Below the pieces are notes generated by a model, which saw nothing but the letters and a program-made list of their open reading frames with translations, had not been told where the DNA came from and made no database searches. From NCBI GenBank assembly GCA_018062625.1, contig JAGORV010000005.1:86-64085 (forward strand): 64,000 nt of DNA. Reading direction: 5' to 3'. Origin of the DNA: Candidatus Woesebacteria bacterium. GTDB lineage: Bacteria; Patescibacteriota; Microgenomatia; UBA10105; UBA927. The translations under genes were made by a program, and so were the position numbers. This document shows positions 36,267-45,421 of this stretch, piece after piece. Within the stretch, counting starts at the first letter, position 1, and every line of letters begins with the position of its first letter.

Positions 36267-37628
36267 ATGCGAAAAACTAGCGTTTACAAAAATATTTTAT
36301 ACGTATTAATATTCGCTGGATTGGCAACGACCTTTATCTTTTCACTTCTCGTCACAAAAAACTCAACAGAGCTCCGATCAAAAGCTACAAGCTCACCACT
36401 ACCTATATCAGGCACATTTATCATGTCTGATCTCCCCAGCGCTGCAGCAAATCAGGCGTTGTTTGATGAAATGAAAACTACGGGCATAGACACCGTCATA
36501 TTTCTGGCATCTGGTGGACTTGAAGGCCCGTGTTCACCCACTCCACCAGCTTTTGTTGAACGATATTATTTCACGCTCCCTGAGCCAAATTGGTATTTGC
36601 AATCACTCAAATTAGCAAAGTCACATGGCATGAATATCTACTTTGGATTAGTAAATGTAGACGCGTATTATTGCATGCCGTTTTGGGTTGGAACACCAAG
36701 CGACACCGCAACATACATGGGAAGAAATCTAGATTATTCACAGCGACTCGTCTCTCAGGTCAAACAAACAGTAGCAGCACAAGGTTGGTCATGGAATGAT
36801 CCGCAATTCGCTGGATTTTATGTATTTGAAGGAGGATTAGGCAACTTTGTCGACCCAAATAGCCAAGATACAAAATTTTATACCGCTTTGGTTTCAAAAA
36901 TCAAATCTGTTTCCAATGGAAAAAAAATACTCATGTCCCCTTGGGTGATCGAATCCTATACGTATGCAAATGCAAAAACTGCGTACATAAATTTATATCG
37001 TGCAGGAATCGATATCATTGCGCCACAGGATAGCATGGGTACGCTAAAGGTCACCTCATACGCAAAAAGCGCTGAATTATACAGAGCACTCCGTGATGCA
37101 CGCGATAGTGTGGGTGGCACAAAAGAAGCGTGGGCAAATATAGAATCACAATTGCAGCAATCCCCCACGAGTGATTACGATCCATCTACAATCACCCGTG
37201 TATCATCACAAATAACCGCTGCTAAACCCTATGTTTCAAAAATTATTACTTGGATATTTCAACACACTCTTTCTAGTGTTTCCCAATTAGATAGCGCACC
37301 AAACGTCTGGACACATCAATACACTACCGCGCATGCAACCGCACGAAAGAAGCTAAAAAATGATTATATAACGATGTATGACCCAACACGTGTGATTACC
37401 CCTAGCCCCACACCTACCCAAATCCCCACCCCTACACCGACAGTTATGACGAGTATCGGTAAGGAAGATTTAAATAAAGACGGTAAAATATCTGTCGTAG
37501 ACTATACCTTATTTATGAACGCATGGTGGTCAAAAAATATTCAAGAAGTTGACTTCAATGCAGATGGAAAAGTTACCGTAATTGACTACACGCTATTTAT
37601 GAATGCATGGAATAGCTCAAATAAATAA
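36267..37628 (+). CDS. secreted protein with a C-terminal dockerin-type repeat pair
   Basis: DLNKDGKISVVDYTLFMNAW and DFNADGKVTVIDYTLFMNAW, with a PT linker. The N-terminal ~340 aa may be a TIM-barrel hydrolase (DUF4434-like), but this is uncertain. Confidence 0.6.
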   Translation: MRKTSVYKNILYVLIFAGLATTFIFSLLVTKNSTELRSKATSSPLPISGTFIMSDLPSAAANQALFDEMKTTGIDTVIFLASGGLEGPCSPTPPAFVERYYFTLPEPNWYLQSLKLAKSHGMNIYFGLVNVDAYYCMPFWVGTPSDTATYMGRNLDYSQRLVSQVKQTVAAQGWSWNDPQFAGFYVFEGGLGNFVDPNSQDTKFYTALVSKIKSVSNGKKILMSPWVIESYTYANAKTAYINLYRAGIDIIAPQDSMGTLKVTSYAKSAELYRALRDARDSVGGTKEAWANIESQLQQSPTSDYDPSTITRVSSQITAAKPYVSKIITWIFQHTLSSVSQLDSAPNVWTHQYTTAHATARKKLKNDYITMYDPTRVITPSPTPTQIPTPTPTVMTSIGKEDLNKDGKISVVDYTLFMNAWWSKNIQEVDFNADGKVTVIDYTLFMNAWNSSNK

Positions 37629-37711
37629 ATCGTCCTGTAGAGTCTCACCACAACGAGCGTAACTATTCCATTTTGATATAGAAAAGCATTCTAGCAAAGC
37701 AATCACAGAAT

Positions 37712-38626
37712 TTGTATGATACATGCATGTCTTTGTTTCAAATACTTGGTCTCATAGTGTATGCTGCCGAATCGATAATTTCCCCACTTCCCGACGATCA
37801 AATCGTCTACCCCAACATAACAGAGACGCGAGAATCTGCACCAGCTACATCGTTTGCATCAATCTATGATATCGCTATGGGTGAGTCTCCAGTATTTACG
37901 GTGACACCCTCTCCCACCTCCACACCTACCCCTACACCGAAAGCATTGGCAAAAACAGCAAGAAAAAAAGCATTTACCATTTCTATCATTGGAGACTCTA
38001 TGGTGGACACACTGGGACCAGATGGTGGCGGTTTGGATTCAAAACTTCGAGCCATATACCCAAGTGCCTCGTTTACGATCATCAATCATGGAGTTGGCGC
38101 TACAAATATAGACTACGGTCTTGAACGCCTCACCCATGGATACAGTTATTTGGGGACAAATAGACCATCTGTGATATCTCAAAATCCTGATGTCATTGTG
38201 ATTGAATCATTTGGGTACAACCCATATCCATATGATGAAGGCGCAATTTCAAAGCACTGGACACAACTTGCCGCAATGGTAAACACCATCCACACTCAAT
38301 TGCCATCAACCAAAATTGTCATCGCAACAACCATAGCACCGAATTGGGATGTATTTGGCGATGGTGCGCCGTTTATAAACATGAGCCCTGAAGGGAAGCG
38401 TCAAAAGGTAAACACCATAAAACAATACCTAGAAAGCACCGTATCGTTTGCCCGCGGAGAACACCTGCCACTTGCGGATGCATATCACCCAAGCTTGGAT
38501 GCGCAGGGTAATGGAAAAATTGGCTATATCAATGGTGGCGATCATATCCATTATTCTGGAGAGGGACGATCGTTTATGGCTAGCACGATAGCCCGCACCA
38601 TCTCCGAGAATAGACTTCTTGAGTAG
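37712..38626 (+). CDS. SGNH/GDSL-family hydrolase
   Basis: Block I IIGDSMVDTLG and block V GGDHIHYS, with a PT-rich linker after the N-terminal anchor. Confidence 0.75.
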   Translation: MYDTCMSLFQILGLIVYAAESIISPLPDDQIVYPNITETRESAPATSFASIYDIAMGESPVFTVTPSPTSTPTPTPKALAKTARKKAFTISIIGDSMVDTLGPDGGGLDSKLRAIYPSASFTIINHGVGATNIDYGLERLTHGYSYLGTNRPSVISQNPDVIVIESFGYNPYPYDEGAISKHWTQLAAMVNTIHTQLPSTKIVIATTIAPNWDVFGDGAPFINMSPEGKRQKVNTIKQYLESTVSFARGEHLPLADAYHPSLDAQGNGKIGYINGGDHIHYSGEGRSFMASTIARTISENRLLE

Positions 38627-38656
38627 TGGAGCATTTTACGCTATAATTACAAAACT

Positions 38657-38830
38657 ATGGCAAAGAAAGATCAACGAATATTGTTTGCGCTGGTATGTAC
38701 CGTGTGCAAAAGTCAAAATTATATTTCCAACCGGAACAAAATAAACACACCGGAAAAAGTTGTGCTGAAAAAATATTGTCCACACTGCAAAAAGCACACC
38801 GAACACAAGGAATCAAGTAAATTAGACTAA
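38657..38830 (+). CDS. rpmG: 50S ribosomal protein L33
   Basis: Below the ORF-track cutoff. Own translation gives MAKKDQRILFALVCTVCKSQNYISNRNKINTPEKVVLKKYCPHCKKHTEHKESSKLD. Confidence 0.9.
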   Translation: MAKKDQRILFALVCTVCKSQNYISNRNKINTPEKVVLKKYCPHCKKHTEHKESSKLD

Positions 38831-38842
38831 AGACAACTGTGT

Positions 38843-39364
38843 ATGCATCGTAATACCCTGCTCTTCGTTTCGTCACTTGCCGTGGTAGCCGCATTCTTGG
38901 TCGGAACACTTGTAGGTCGAAATTTACCTAGGTCATCCACGATAACAGTAGCTCCTGCACCTACTCCATCTATACAACTAACTCCCACACCAGTATCTCT
39001 GCGTACGTACATGGATAAAACATGTGATCTATCACTCGAATATCCAAGCACTCTGGAAATCCTCGAGAGCACAGATAGTGGCACCATCCTCACTGATCCT
39101 AACAATGATAAAGATACGGTGATAGTAGTCTGTCAAACTGATATTCCACGCGTACCACTCGCACCAAACAAGATCACAACAGTGATACTCCAAGCAGCAA
39201 AAGGTGCCACGGTTTCTGCGAAAATTTACCATGACGCGTCTGCAAAGGATGGCGCACCTATTGATAAGCTCATCTTTACGCATCCCACAAGCGGCATGGA
39301 TGTGTTAATCGGCGGATTTGGCGCGATGTATGATCGCCTCATAACCTCAGTAAAGATCAACTAA
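38843..39364 (+). CDS. membrane-anchored hypothetical protein
   Basis: 173 aa with an N-terminal TM helix LLFVSSLAVVAAFLVGTLVG. Confidence 0.5.
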   Translation: MHRNTLLFVSSLAVVAAFLVGTLVGRNLPRSSTITVAPAPTPSIQLTPTPVSLRTYMDKTCDLSLEYPSTLEILESTDSGTILTDPNNDKDTVIVVCQTDIPRVPLAPNKITTVILQAAKGATVSAKIYHDASAKDGAPIDKLIFTHPTSGMDVLIGGFGAMYDRLITSVKIN

Positions 39365-39449
39365 CTTCGAGTAATTTCTCCATATCTAGTCAATCTTGGA
39401 TATCATTGCGTTTCCTTTTGATACCAAAACTTGATAAAATAGATCCATT

Positions 39450-39520
39450 AGGCTCGTAGTTAAACGGTATAACAGAGGTCTCCAAAACCTCTATTAGGGG
39501 TTCGATTCCCTTCGAGCCTG
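39450..39520 (+). tRNA. tRNA-Trp (anticodon CCA)
   Basis: Acceptor AGGCTCG/CGAGCCT, anticodon loop CTCCAAA, T-arm AGGGG-TTCGATT-CCCTT. Confidence 0.9.
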
Positions 39521-39601
39521 CAATATAAATCGAACCCGCCGGAATGAGCGAAGGCGAACGAGGCGCGGTCGCTGGTCTTGCCAGCAGGCAAGAACCGAGA
39601 C

Positions 39602-39619
39602 TCGATTCCCTTCGAGCCT
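39602..39619 (+). repeat. 18-bp perfect direct repeat of the tRNA-Trp 3' end
   Basis: TCGATTCCCTTCGAGCCT occurs at 39502-39519 and again at 39602-39619. The intervening 82 bp are GC-rich and include the CTTGCC-AGCA-GGCAAG hairpin. Confidence 0.9.
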
Positions 39620-39674
39620 ACAAGCGGAACTCTAACTTATTGTTGTCATAGAAGCCATGTGAGATACTTAATAT

Positions 39675-40538
39675 ATGGAACCTATAACTCCACAAAATTC
39701 ATCGCCTCAAATTAGCACTGAACCGCTAGCTAGTAGTTCTAAAAATACAAAATTTTTAACTTATTTAGTAATAGGTTTATTAGTATTGTTACCCATTGTA
39801 GGGATTGGCGGTTACTATATTGGTGCACAGGCCGTGCGTAACTCAACAAATACCGATCTAAACCCTACTCCAACAGCTGATCCAAATAATCAAGTAGCAT
39901 GTACAATGGATGCCAAATTATGTCCTGATGGTAGTTCTGTAGGAAGAACTGGTCCAAACTGTGAATTTGATTCTTGCCCCAATCAAAATACTCAACAAAA
40001 TTTACAAACTATCACAAATGTAAAAGGTGGATACACTTTAAAGATTCCATCTACATGGAAAGTAACGACAAAAAATGAAGATGACAGTCTTTTGCGAGGT
40101 CAAGATTATGTAGTGAACTTAACGTTATCGTCTGAAAAAGGTGAACCAGATGGTCAAATGCAATTCGTAAATGCCATAACTATCCCTTTCCCCTACACCA
40201 TCAAAGGTCCTCATTATGATATGGGCAAAAAATTTGAAAATGGGCTTGAGGGCTTAGTTGTAAATAATCCCAATCCAGTGAATGCTAAAAGCATTACATC
40301 AAAATATCTCACAGTAAATACCATGAAAGCGCTTACTGTTACCACGGTAATGGTAGATAAAAACAGTGATTTATCTGAAGGCTTCGCTGGGGAGTATTTA
40401 TTCGGTTCAACAACAAAAGTCGTGTATATAGATATGGGAAATGGAAAAATTTTAGAAATAAGTGGAACGTGGACACAAGACTACCCTCAATTTGAGACAG
40501 TTTTTGATCAAATTATCCAAACCCTTGCGGTAAAATAA
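39675..40538 (+). CDS. membrane-anchored secreted hypothetical protein
   Basis: TM helix, then the Cys motif CTMDAKLCPDGSSVGRTGPNCEFDSCP. GATACT box 6 nt before the ATG. Confidence 0.55.
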   Translation: MEPITPQNSSPQISTEPLASSSKNTKFLTYLVIGLLVLLPIVGIGGYYIGAQAVRNSTNTDLNPTPTADPNNQVACTMDAKLCPDGSSVGRTGPNCEFDSCPNQNTQQNLQTITNVKGGYTLKIPSTWKVTTKNEDDSLLRGQDYVVNLTLSSEKGEPDGQMQFVNAITIPFPYTIKGPHYDMGKKFENGLEGLVVNNPNPVNAKSITSKYLTVNTMKALTVTTVMVDKNSDLSEGFAGEYLFGSTTKVVYIDMGNGKILEISGTWTQDYPQFETVFDQIIQTLAVK

Positions 40539-40570
40539 GTTTTCGCTTTGTTTACTAGCGCCTGCATAGA

Positions 40571-40828
40571 ATGCTTACCATTATATTATTTTCAATTATC
40601 GGATTTGCTATTGCATTCATTTGGGAATTCTTTTGCACTCACGTTATAAGAAAAACATCTTTAATACTATTGGGATACAGATTACATCACAGTATATTTG
40701 GACTGCTTATTATCGCACTTGGATTATCTATCCAAAACATTCCACTGACCGGAATAGGAGTCGGCATTCTCATTCAACACACAGTAACTGACGGATTTCG
40801 ATTTATATCCAAAGAATCCAAACACTAA
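40571..40828 (+). CDS. small three-TM membrane protein
   Basis: 85 aa, hydrophobic. Confidence 0.4.
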   Translation: MLTIILFSIIGFAIAFIWEFFCTHVIRKTSLILLGYRLHHSIFGLLIIALGLSIQNIPLTGIGVGILIQHTVTDGFRFISKESKH

Positions 40829-40852
40829 ACTCACTCACATCATGCATGGCGC

Positions 40853-41083
40853 ATGATTTATAAATACGCTAGACTGTTAGTGAGTATGAAAAAGATAAAA
40901 AAACGTTCCACTATGCACGTCATGCTTGTCGCTAGTGCAGTGATATTTTTTTGGCGGGGTGCATGGGGACTTATGGATCTCTACATATTTCCTGATCATG
41001 AACTATTTAGCTATATCACATCCGTCGTATTTGCGATCGTTATTTTACTCGCTACACGCAGACTAGATGACGAGCTAATCTAA
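40853..41083 (+). CDS. small two-TM membrane protein
   Basis: 76 aa. An alternative start at 40886 (MKKIKKRS) is plausible. Confidence 0.4.
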   Translation: MIYKYARLLVSMKKIKKRSTMHVMLVASAVIFFWRGAWGLMDLYIFPDHELFSYITSVVFAIVILLATRRLDDELI

Positions 41084-41108
41084 AACACTTCATACAACAA
41101 TCCAAAGT

Positions 41109-42794
41109 ATGGTTCACACACACAGCCTCTTGGAACGAATTCGCATATATTTTCTCGCGCACTTTGCATCCTTTTGGAAACACAGTCTTGGTATTTGCCT
41201 GATACTCATCATTCCTTTTATAGAGGTTTTATCACTCTATATTCCTGTAGCCGGTAAAATTGGCACAGTTACGTGGATACTTTTGTGGATTTACATCGCG
41301 GCATTTACGTTGGTGCAAGGAATAAATCTTGTTAAAACTTCAATACATCAGCGATCGCCATTTGCACTACTCACTATTGGGTTATTTCTTTTTTTATGTG
41401 CGACAAACATACAGAGTATTTATAGTATAAATGGGGAAAATACCCAAGAGATCGCATGCGCTTTAACCCAACTTCAACAGAGTTCTGACTGGGGATACAG
41501 ACAATCATGTTTATTTGGCTATCCCACACGACAATTTATCGTGCCTGCCATTCCTAGCCTGCTCTTCGGCAATTCTTTGGCTGCGCTCAATATCGGAGGA
41601 GCAATATACTTTATCCTAGGACTCATACTTTTTTGCCGAGGAATCCAAGTGTATGTCCAAGACAGCAGAAAGGGCGACGCACTGACTCTGCTCATCTTCG
41701 GATCCCTGCTTCATTTTCACTATATAAATCATTTCCTCTTTCTATTTGAACAAAGTATATTTCCATTGAGCTTTGCACTGGCGGGATGTGGTATTTGGCT
41801 TATGTACCTCCGTACAAAATTGCACACCTATCTGATCCCACTTACTCTACTGCTCTTCGTTATTGTTTTCTCATATACACCAAGCTTAGTCCTGCTTCCA
41901 TTATCGTATGGAGCTATCCTGTGGCAATCGAGAAGAAATCAAACACAATGGTTCAAAATACTTGGATTAGTCATTGTGGTACTAACCGCAATAATGATCT
42001 TAAGCTCTTTTATGTTTCGATCAGACATAAAATTAGGACATCAATATCCTGGGGGTATTCCATCTGCATTGGGGGAAATAGGTCTCGCCATAAAACATCT
42101 TGCTATGCATATATACCCTACGCCATTTACCACGTGGGCTATGACGCCTATATATATCATCCTACTGCTTGCTCCTTTACTTGGACTATTTGGTCGTGTT
42201 CCACAACTCATAGCACTTTGGTGTTTTGGTGTATTTTGTATCTCTATCTATGCCAAAGGATTCTCCTACTATCACATAGAATTTCGTATGCATCGAAGCA
42301 TGGTAATGCTTCCTGTATTACTGACACTTTGGATACATCTGTTTAATAAATACCGCTCATACATACCACTTGCTTTCATTATATTTGCGGCATTTGGCAT
42401 AACCATAAGCGGACTCCAAAATTATAAAACAACACAGCTAGCCCGCCCAATCAGCCAACAATATAAATTTTTACGGTGGTACGCGTCACAAAAAATCTCA
42501 CAAGACACCACCCTCTATTTGCTGAGTGCACAGACACCAAAAAACAATTTCATTTCCATGCGCGATATTTCACAATATTTTATCCCCCACCTTGCTATAA
42601 ACAATAGCTACAAACTCCCCGCTAATTGCTCTGTGAATGATATAGAAGGAATATTTTTGCTACAAGAAACAGATCGCTGTAGCAATACCCTCCGCCAGAT
42701 GCTGACACAAGATGAAACACTTGCATTTATTGCAACCTACGATGGAGTCGCTTCCGAACCACTTTTAGTATTTTCTCGTAAATCAGAGCTCTAG
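41109..42794 (+). CDS. large polytopic membrane protein, possibly a GT-C-type glycosyltransferase
   Basis: 561 aa, more than 10 TM helices and a soluble C-terminal ~130 aa. No diagnostic motif seen. Confidence 0.35.
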   Translation: MVHTHSLLERIRIYFLAHFASFWKHSLGICLILIIPFIEVLSLYIPVAGKIGTVTWILLWIYIAAFTLVQGINLVKTSIHQRSPFALLTIGLFLFLCATNIQSIYSINGENTQEIACALTQLQQSSDWGYRQSCLFGYPTRQFIVPAIPSLLFGNSLAALNIGGAIYFILGLILFCRGIQVYVQDSRKGDALTLLIFGSLLHFHYINHFLFLFEQSIFPLSFALAGCGIWLMYLRTKLHTYLIPLTLLLFVIVFSYTPSLVLLPLSYGAILWQSRRNQTQWFKILGLVIVVLTAIMILSSFMFRSDIKLGHQYPGGIPSALGEIGLAIKHLAMHIYPTPFTTWAMTPIYIILLLAPLLGLFGRVPQLIALWCFGVFCISIYAKGFSYYHIEFRMHRSMVMLPVLLTLWIHLFNKYRSYIPLAFIIFAAFGITISGLQNYKTTQLARPISQQYKFLRWYASQKISQDTTLYLLSAQTPKNNFISMRDISQYFIPHLAINNSYKLPANCSVNDIEGIFLLQETDRCSNTLRQMLTQDETLAFIATYDGVASEPLLVFSRKSEL

Positions 42795-42832
42795 TAATTT
42801 TACCGTTGATCATATAAAATTTTTCTCAATAT

Positions 42833-43450
42833 ATGAAACGCATAGATCTCACACATAGCTTCATTCCAGAAATGCCAGCATATCCCGGTGATCCCAAGGC
42901 CACACTCACACAAGCCGCAAACATAGATACAGATGGCTACACAGACCATCAGCTCCACACCCTCATGCATGTAGGTACGCATATGGATGCGCCACTACAC
43001 ATGATAAAAGATGGTGCATATATGGATGAAATTTCGTTAGACACATTTTTTGGTACCGGAATCCTGATCGATGCTCGAGGAAAACAAATCATAGATGCAT
43101 CTATACTCGCTGGGTTAACGATAGAACCAAACACGATCGTATTGGTCTACACAGGTTTTGGTGATCTATATCATACCCCACAATACTTTGAAAATTATCC
43201 TCAAATAGATGAGTCTTTTGCCAAACGCATGGTAGAGTTGAAAGTAAAAATTGTCGGTATGGATATAGTTGGCCCAGACCAGCCTCCATTCCCCACCCAT
43301 AAACAACTTCTAGGCCACGGTATATTGATTATAGAAAATCTCGCTAATCTGGACGCATTACTTGATGTGAAGAATTTTGAAGTACTCGCCCTACCAGCTA
43401 AGCTTCATACAGACGCAACCCCAGTTCGTGTCATCGCAACAATTTTATAA
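42833..43450 (+). CDS. cyclase-family protein (kynurenine-formamidase-like)
   Basis: HVGTHMDAPLHM matches the HxGTHxDxPxH motif. Confidence 0.8.
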   Translation: MKRIDLTHSFIPEMPAYPGDPKATLTQAANIDTDGYTDHQLHTLMHVGTHMDAPLHMIKDGAYMDEISLDTFFGTGILIDARGKQIIDASILAGLTIEPNTIVLVYTGFGDLYHTPQYFENYPQIDESFAKRMVELKVKIVGMDIVGPDQPPFPTHKQLLGHGILIIENLANLDALLDVKNFEVLALPAKLHTDATPVRVIATIL

Positions 43451-43470
43451 ATATTTGGTATACTGCTCCT

Positions 43471-43662
43471 ATGGCAAAGAAACTCAAACTACCCAAATCA
43501 CTCACCACAGTTACGCCATTTTCAAAAACACTTGCGCTTTCCATGTTCATCATATTCCCAATCGTCGCCTTTCTATTGGGGCGTATATATGAAAAAGAAA
43601 TCACACCCGTAGGATTTTGCGCCCCTTCGGAAAATACACTTCGAATAGATCGCTCAAAATAA
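43471..43662 (+). CDS. small membrane protein (63 aa)
   Basis: TATACT box 6 nt before the ATG. One TM helix. Confidence 0.4.
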   Translation: MAKKLKLPKSLTTVTPFSKTLALSMFIIFPIVAFLLGRIYEKEITPVGFCAPSENTLRIDRSK

Positions 43663-43672
43663 ACCAATACTC

Positions 43673-44083
43673 ATGAACACTATAGTCAAGGATTCGCATA
43701 TACATGGTCTCGGAGTTTTTGCGACAAGCGATATACCCGCAGGCACCCGCATATTTGAATACACAGGAGAACTCATCACACGCGAGGAAGAAGATAGACG
43801 TGAGATAGAAAACGATAAAACAGGCGTCACCTATATATATCAACTCAACGACCACGAAAGCATAGATGGAGCGCACGGTGGAAATGACTCACGATATGTG
43901 AACCATTCGTGTGAGCCAAACGTAGAGGGAATCATAGAAAATAGACACATATACTATGTAGCAAAACGCGATATCAGAAAAGATGAGGAGTTGTTTATCG
44001 ACTACGCATTCGATAAAGATTCAAAAGCCGAACCATGCCATTGTGGATCAGTCAATTGCCGTGGTGTCATGAATGCTGTATAA
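43673..44083 (+). CDS. SET-domain protein (putative lysine methyltransferase)
   Basis: RYVNHSCEPN, ELFIDY and the post-SET motif CHCGSVNCRG. Confidence 0.9.
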   Translation: MNTIVKDSHIHGLGVFATSDIPAGTRIFEYTGELITREEEDRREIENDKTGVTYIYQLNDHESIDGAHGGNDSRYVNHSCEPNVEGIIENRHIYYVAKRDIRKDEELFIDYAFDKDSKAEPCHCGSVNCRGVMNAV

Positions 44084-44091
44084 CGATTTGT

Positions 44092-44649
44092 ATGAAAATT
44101 ATATTTGCTCACGGCTATACTGCTAACACAACCACTGATTGGTACCCGCAAATTACCGCGGAACTTCGTAGGCTTAAAATAGCATATGCTATCCCCAACC
44201 TTCCCGGAGAAGAACATCCACATAGCGCAGAATGGATTGAATTGCTTCATGCGGAAATCGAAAAGGCAAAAGAACCTCCTATATTGGTCGGACATAGCCT
44301 AGGCACTCGAGCGGCTCTTTTGACGCTCGAAAAATATCCTACAAAACTTAAAGCGCTCATTCTCGTTGCCACGTTTGCCAACAAATTAGAAAATGCCAAG
44401 CGAAGAGATGAAGCATACGCTGATTTTTTTGATCATCTCATCGATTTGGAAAAAATAAAGGAAACTACCCCTACACGAGTAATCCTACACTCTATGGATG
44501 ATGACTCTATCCCATATCGACAAGGACAAGAAATGACGAGAGATCTCGGCGCACACCTACTGACCTACAATGGTAAAGGGCACTTTGATCAACCGGAAAA
44601 TTATATTTATATTCTCGATGTGATCAAAAACATCTTGAATATTAAGTAA
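44092..44649 (+). CDS. alpha/beta hydrolase (YdeN/RBBP9-like serine hydrolase)
   Basis: Start at ATG 44092 (MKIIFAHGY). GHSLG nucleophile elbow. Confidence 0.7.
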   Translation: MKIIFAHGYTANTTTDWYPQITAELRRLKIAYAIPNLPGEEHPHSAEWIELLHAEIEKAKEPPILVGHSLGTRAALLTLEKYPTKLKALILVATFANKLENAKRRDEAYADFFDHLIDLEKIKETTPTRVILHSMDDDSIPYRQGQEMTRDLGAHLLTYNGKGHFDQPENYIYILDVIKNILNIK

Positions 44650-44669
44650 TATCACGGTATATTTGACGT

Positions 44670-45047
44670 ATGTTTCATAAAGTATCCACTATCCTTATTT
44701 GGTCTGAAGATTTCCGAAAGCTCTCAGATTGGTACCTTCACACATTTCAGTTAAAGGTTGTCGAAGAACTTGATCATCCACAAGACACAGGGGTACTTAT
44801 GGAATTTCCCGATGGTGGCCCATGGATATGGGTAGGACAACATTCTGAAATTCATGGAAAAAGTCGAGATCCACTCCGCGTCATGTTTAATATAACGGTA
44901 GACTCTGTAGAGGAAACGTATGAATATCTTGTAAAAAATGGCGCCCCAGTCATCGCTAAACCATTTAAAGCTCCTACATTTGATAAATGGTTTGCGACAT
45001 TTTCTGATCCTGATGGTAACACGATACAGATCATCGGTCCTAAATAA
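44670..45047 (+). CDS. VOC/glyoxalase-family protein
   Basis: 125 aa, with the DPDGNTIQIIG C-terminal motif. Confidence 0.7.
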   Translation: MFHKVSTILIWSEDFRKLSDWYLHTFQLKVVEELDHPQDTGVLMEFPDGGPWIWVGQHSEIHGKSRDPLRVMFNITVDSVEETYEYLVKNGAPVIAKPFKAPTFDKWFATFSDPDGNTIQIIGPK

Positions 45048-45075
45048 TTACCACATTCAATGATATACTGTGTTC

Positions 45076-45408
45076 ATGAATAAACCCCCTATCAAATCAC
45101 CGTTTGGTAAATACATAACGCTTTTGGAAAAAGTGGATAAAGATGTGAAAAATCAAGATGAGTTTGGATCATTTCTGATCCTTTCTCTCGTAGAAGAAAT
45201 CGGCGAAATGGCGAGAGCATATCTAGCCAAACACGGTCGAAAACCTACTAATCTCGCAGCACAACGAGATGAAACATACGAACAAGAACTCGGAGATATC
45301 ATTGTCGCAGTTTTGCGATTTGCCCGTATCAAAAATATAGACCTACATAAGCGCGTGCTATACACGATACACAAAATTGAAAAGCGACAAACCGCACCTA
45401 AAGAATAA
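45076..45408 (+). CDS. MazG-like nucleotide pyrophosphohydrolase
   Basis: EEIGEMARAY and ELGDIIVAVLRFA motifs. Start at ATG 45076, 6 nt after TGATATACT. Confidence 0.7.
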   Translation: MNKPPIKSPFGKYITLLEKVDKDVKNQDEFGSFLILSLVEEIGEMARAYLAKHGRKPTNLAAQRDETYEQELGDIIVAVLRFARIKNIDLHKRVLYTIHKIEKRQTAPKE

Positions 45409-45421
45409 TATATTTTCGTAT

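Noticed and set aside
38655-38909. 84-aa minus-strand ORF from the track.
   Set aside because: The plus strand here encodes an unmistakable ribosomal protein L33 (38657-38830). The minus-strand ORF is its shadow.
39450-39620. tRNA-Trp carrying a 100-nt intron in the T-loop, using the second copy of the 3' end.
   Set aside because: The first copy already completes a canonical 71-nt cloverleaf with a discriminator base. The insert has no recognisable group I intron core, so a duplication or att-like scar is the simpler reading.
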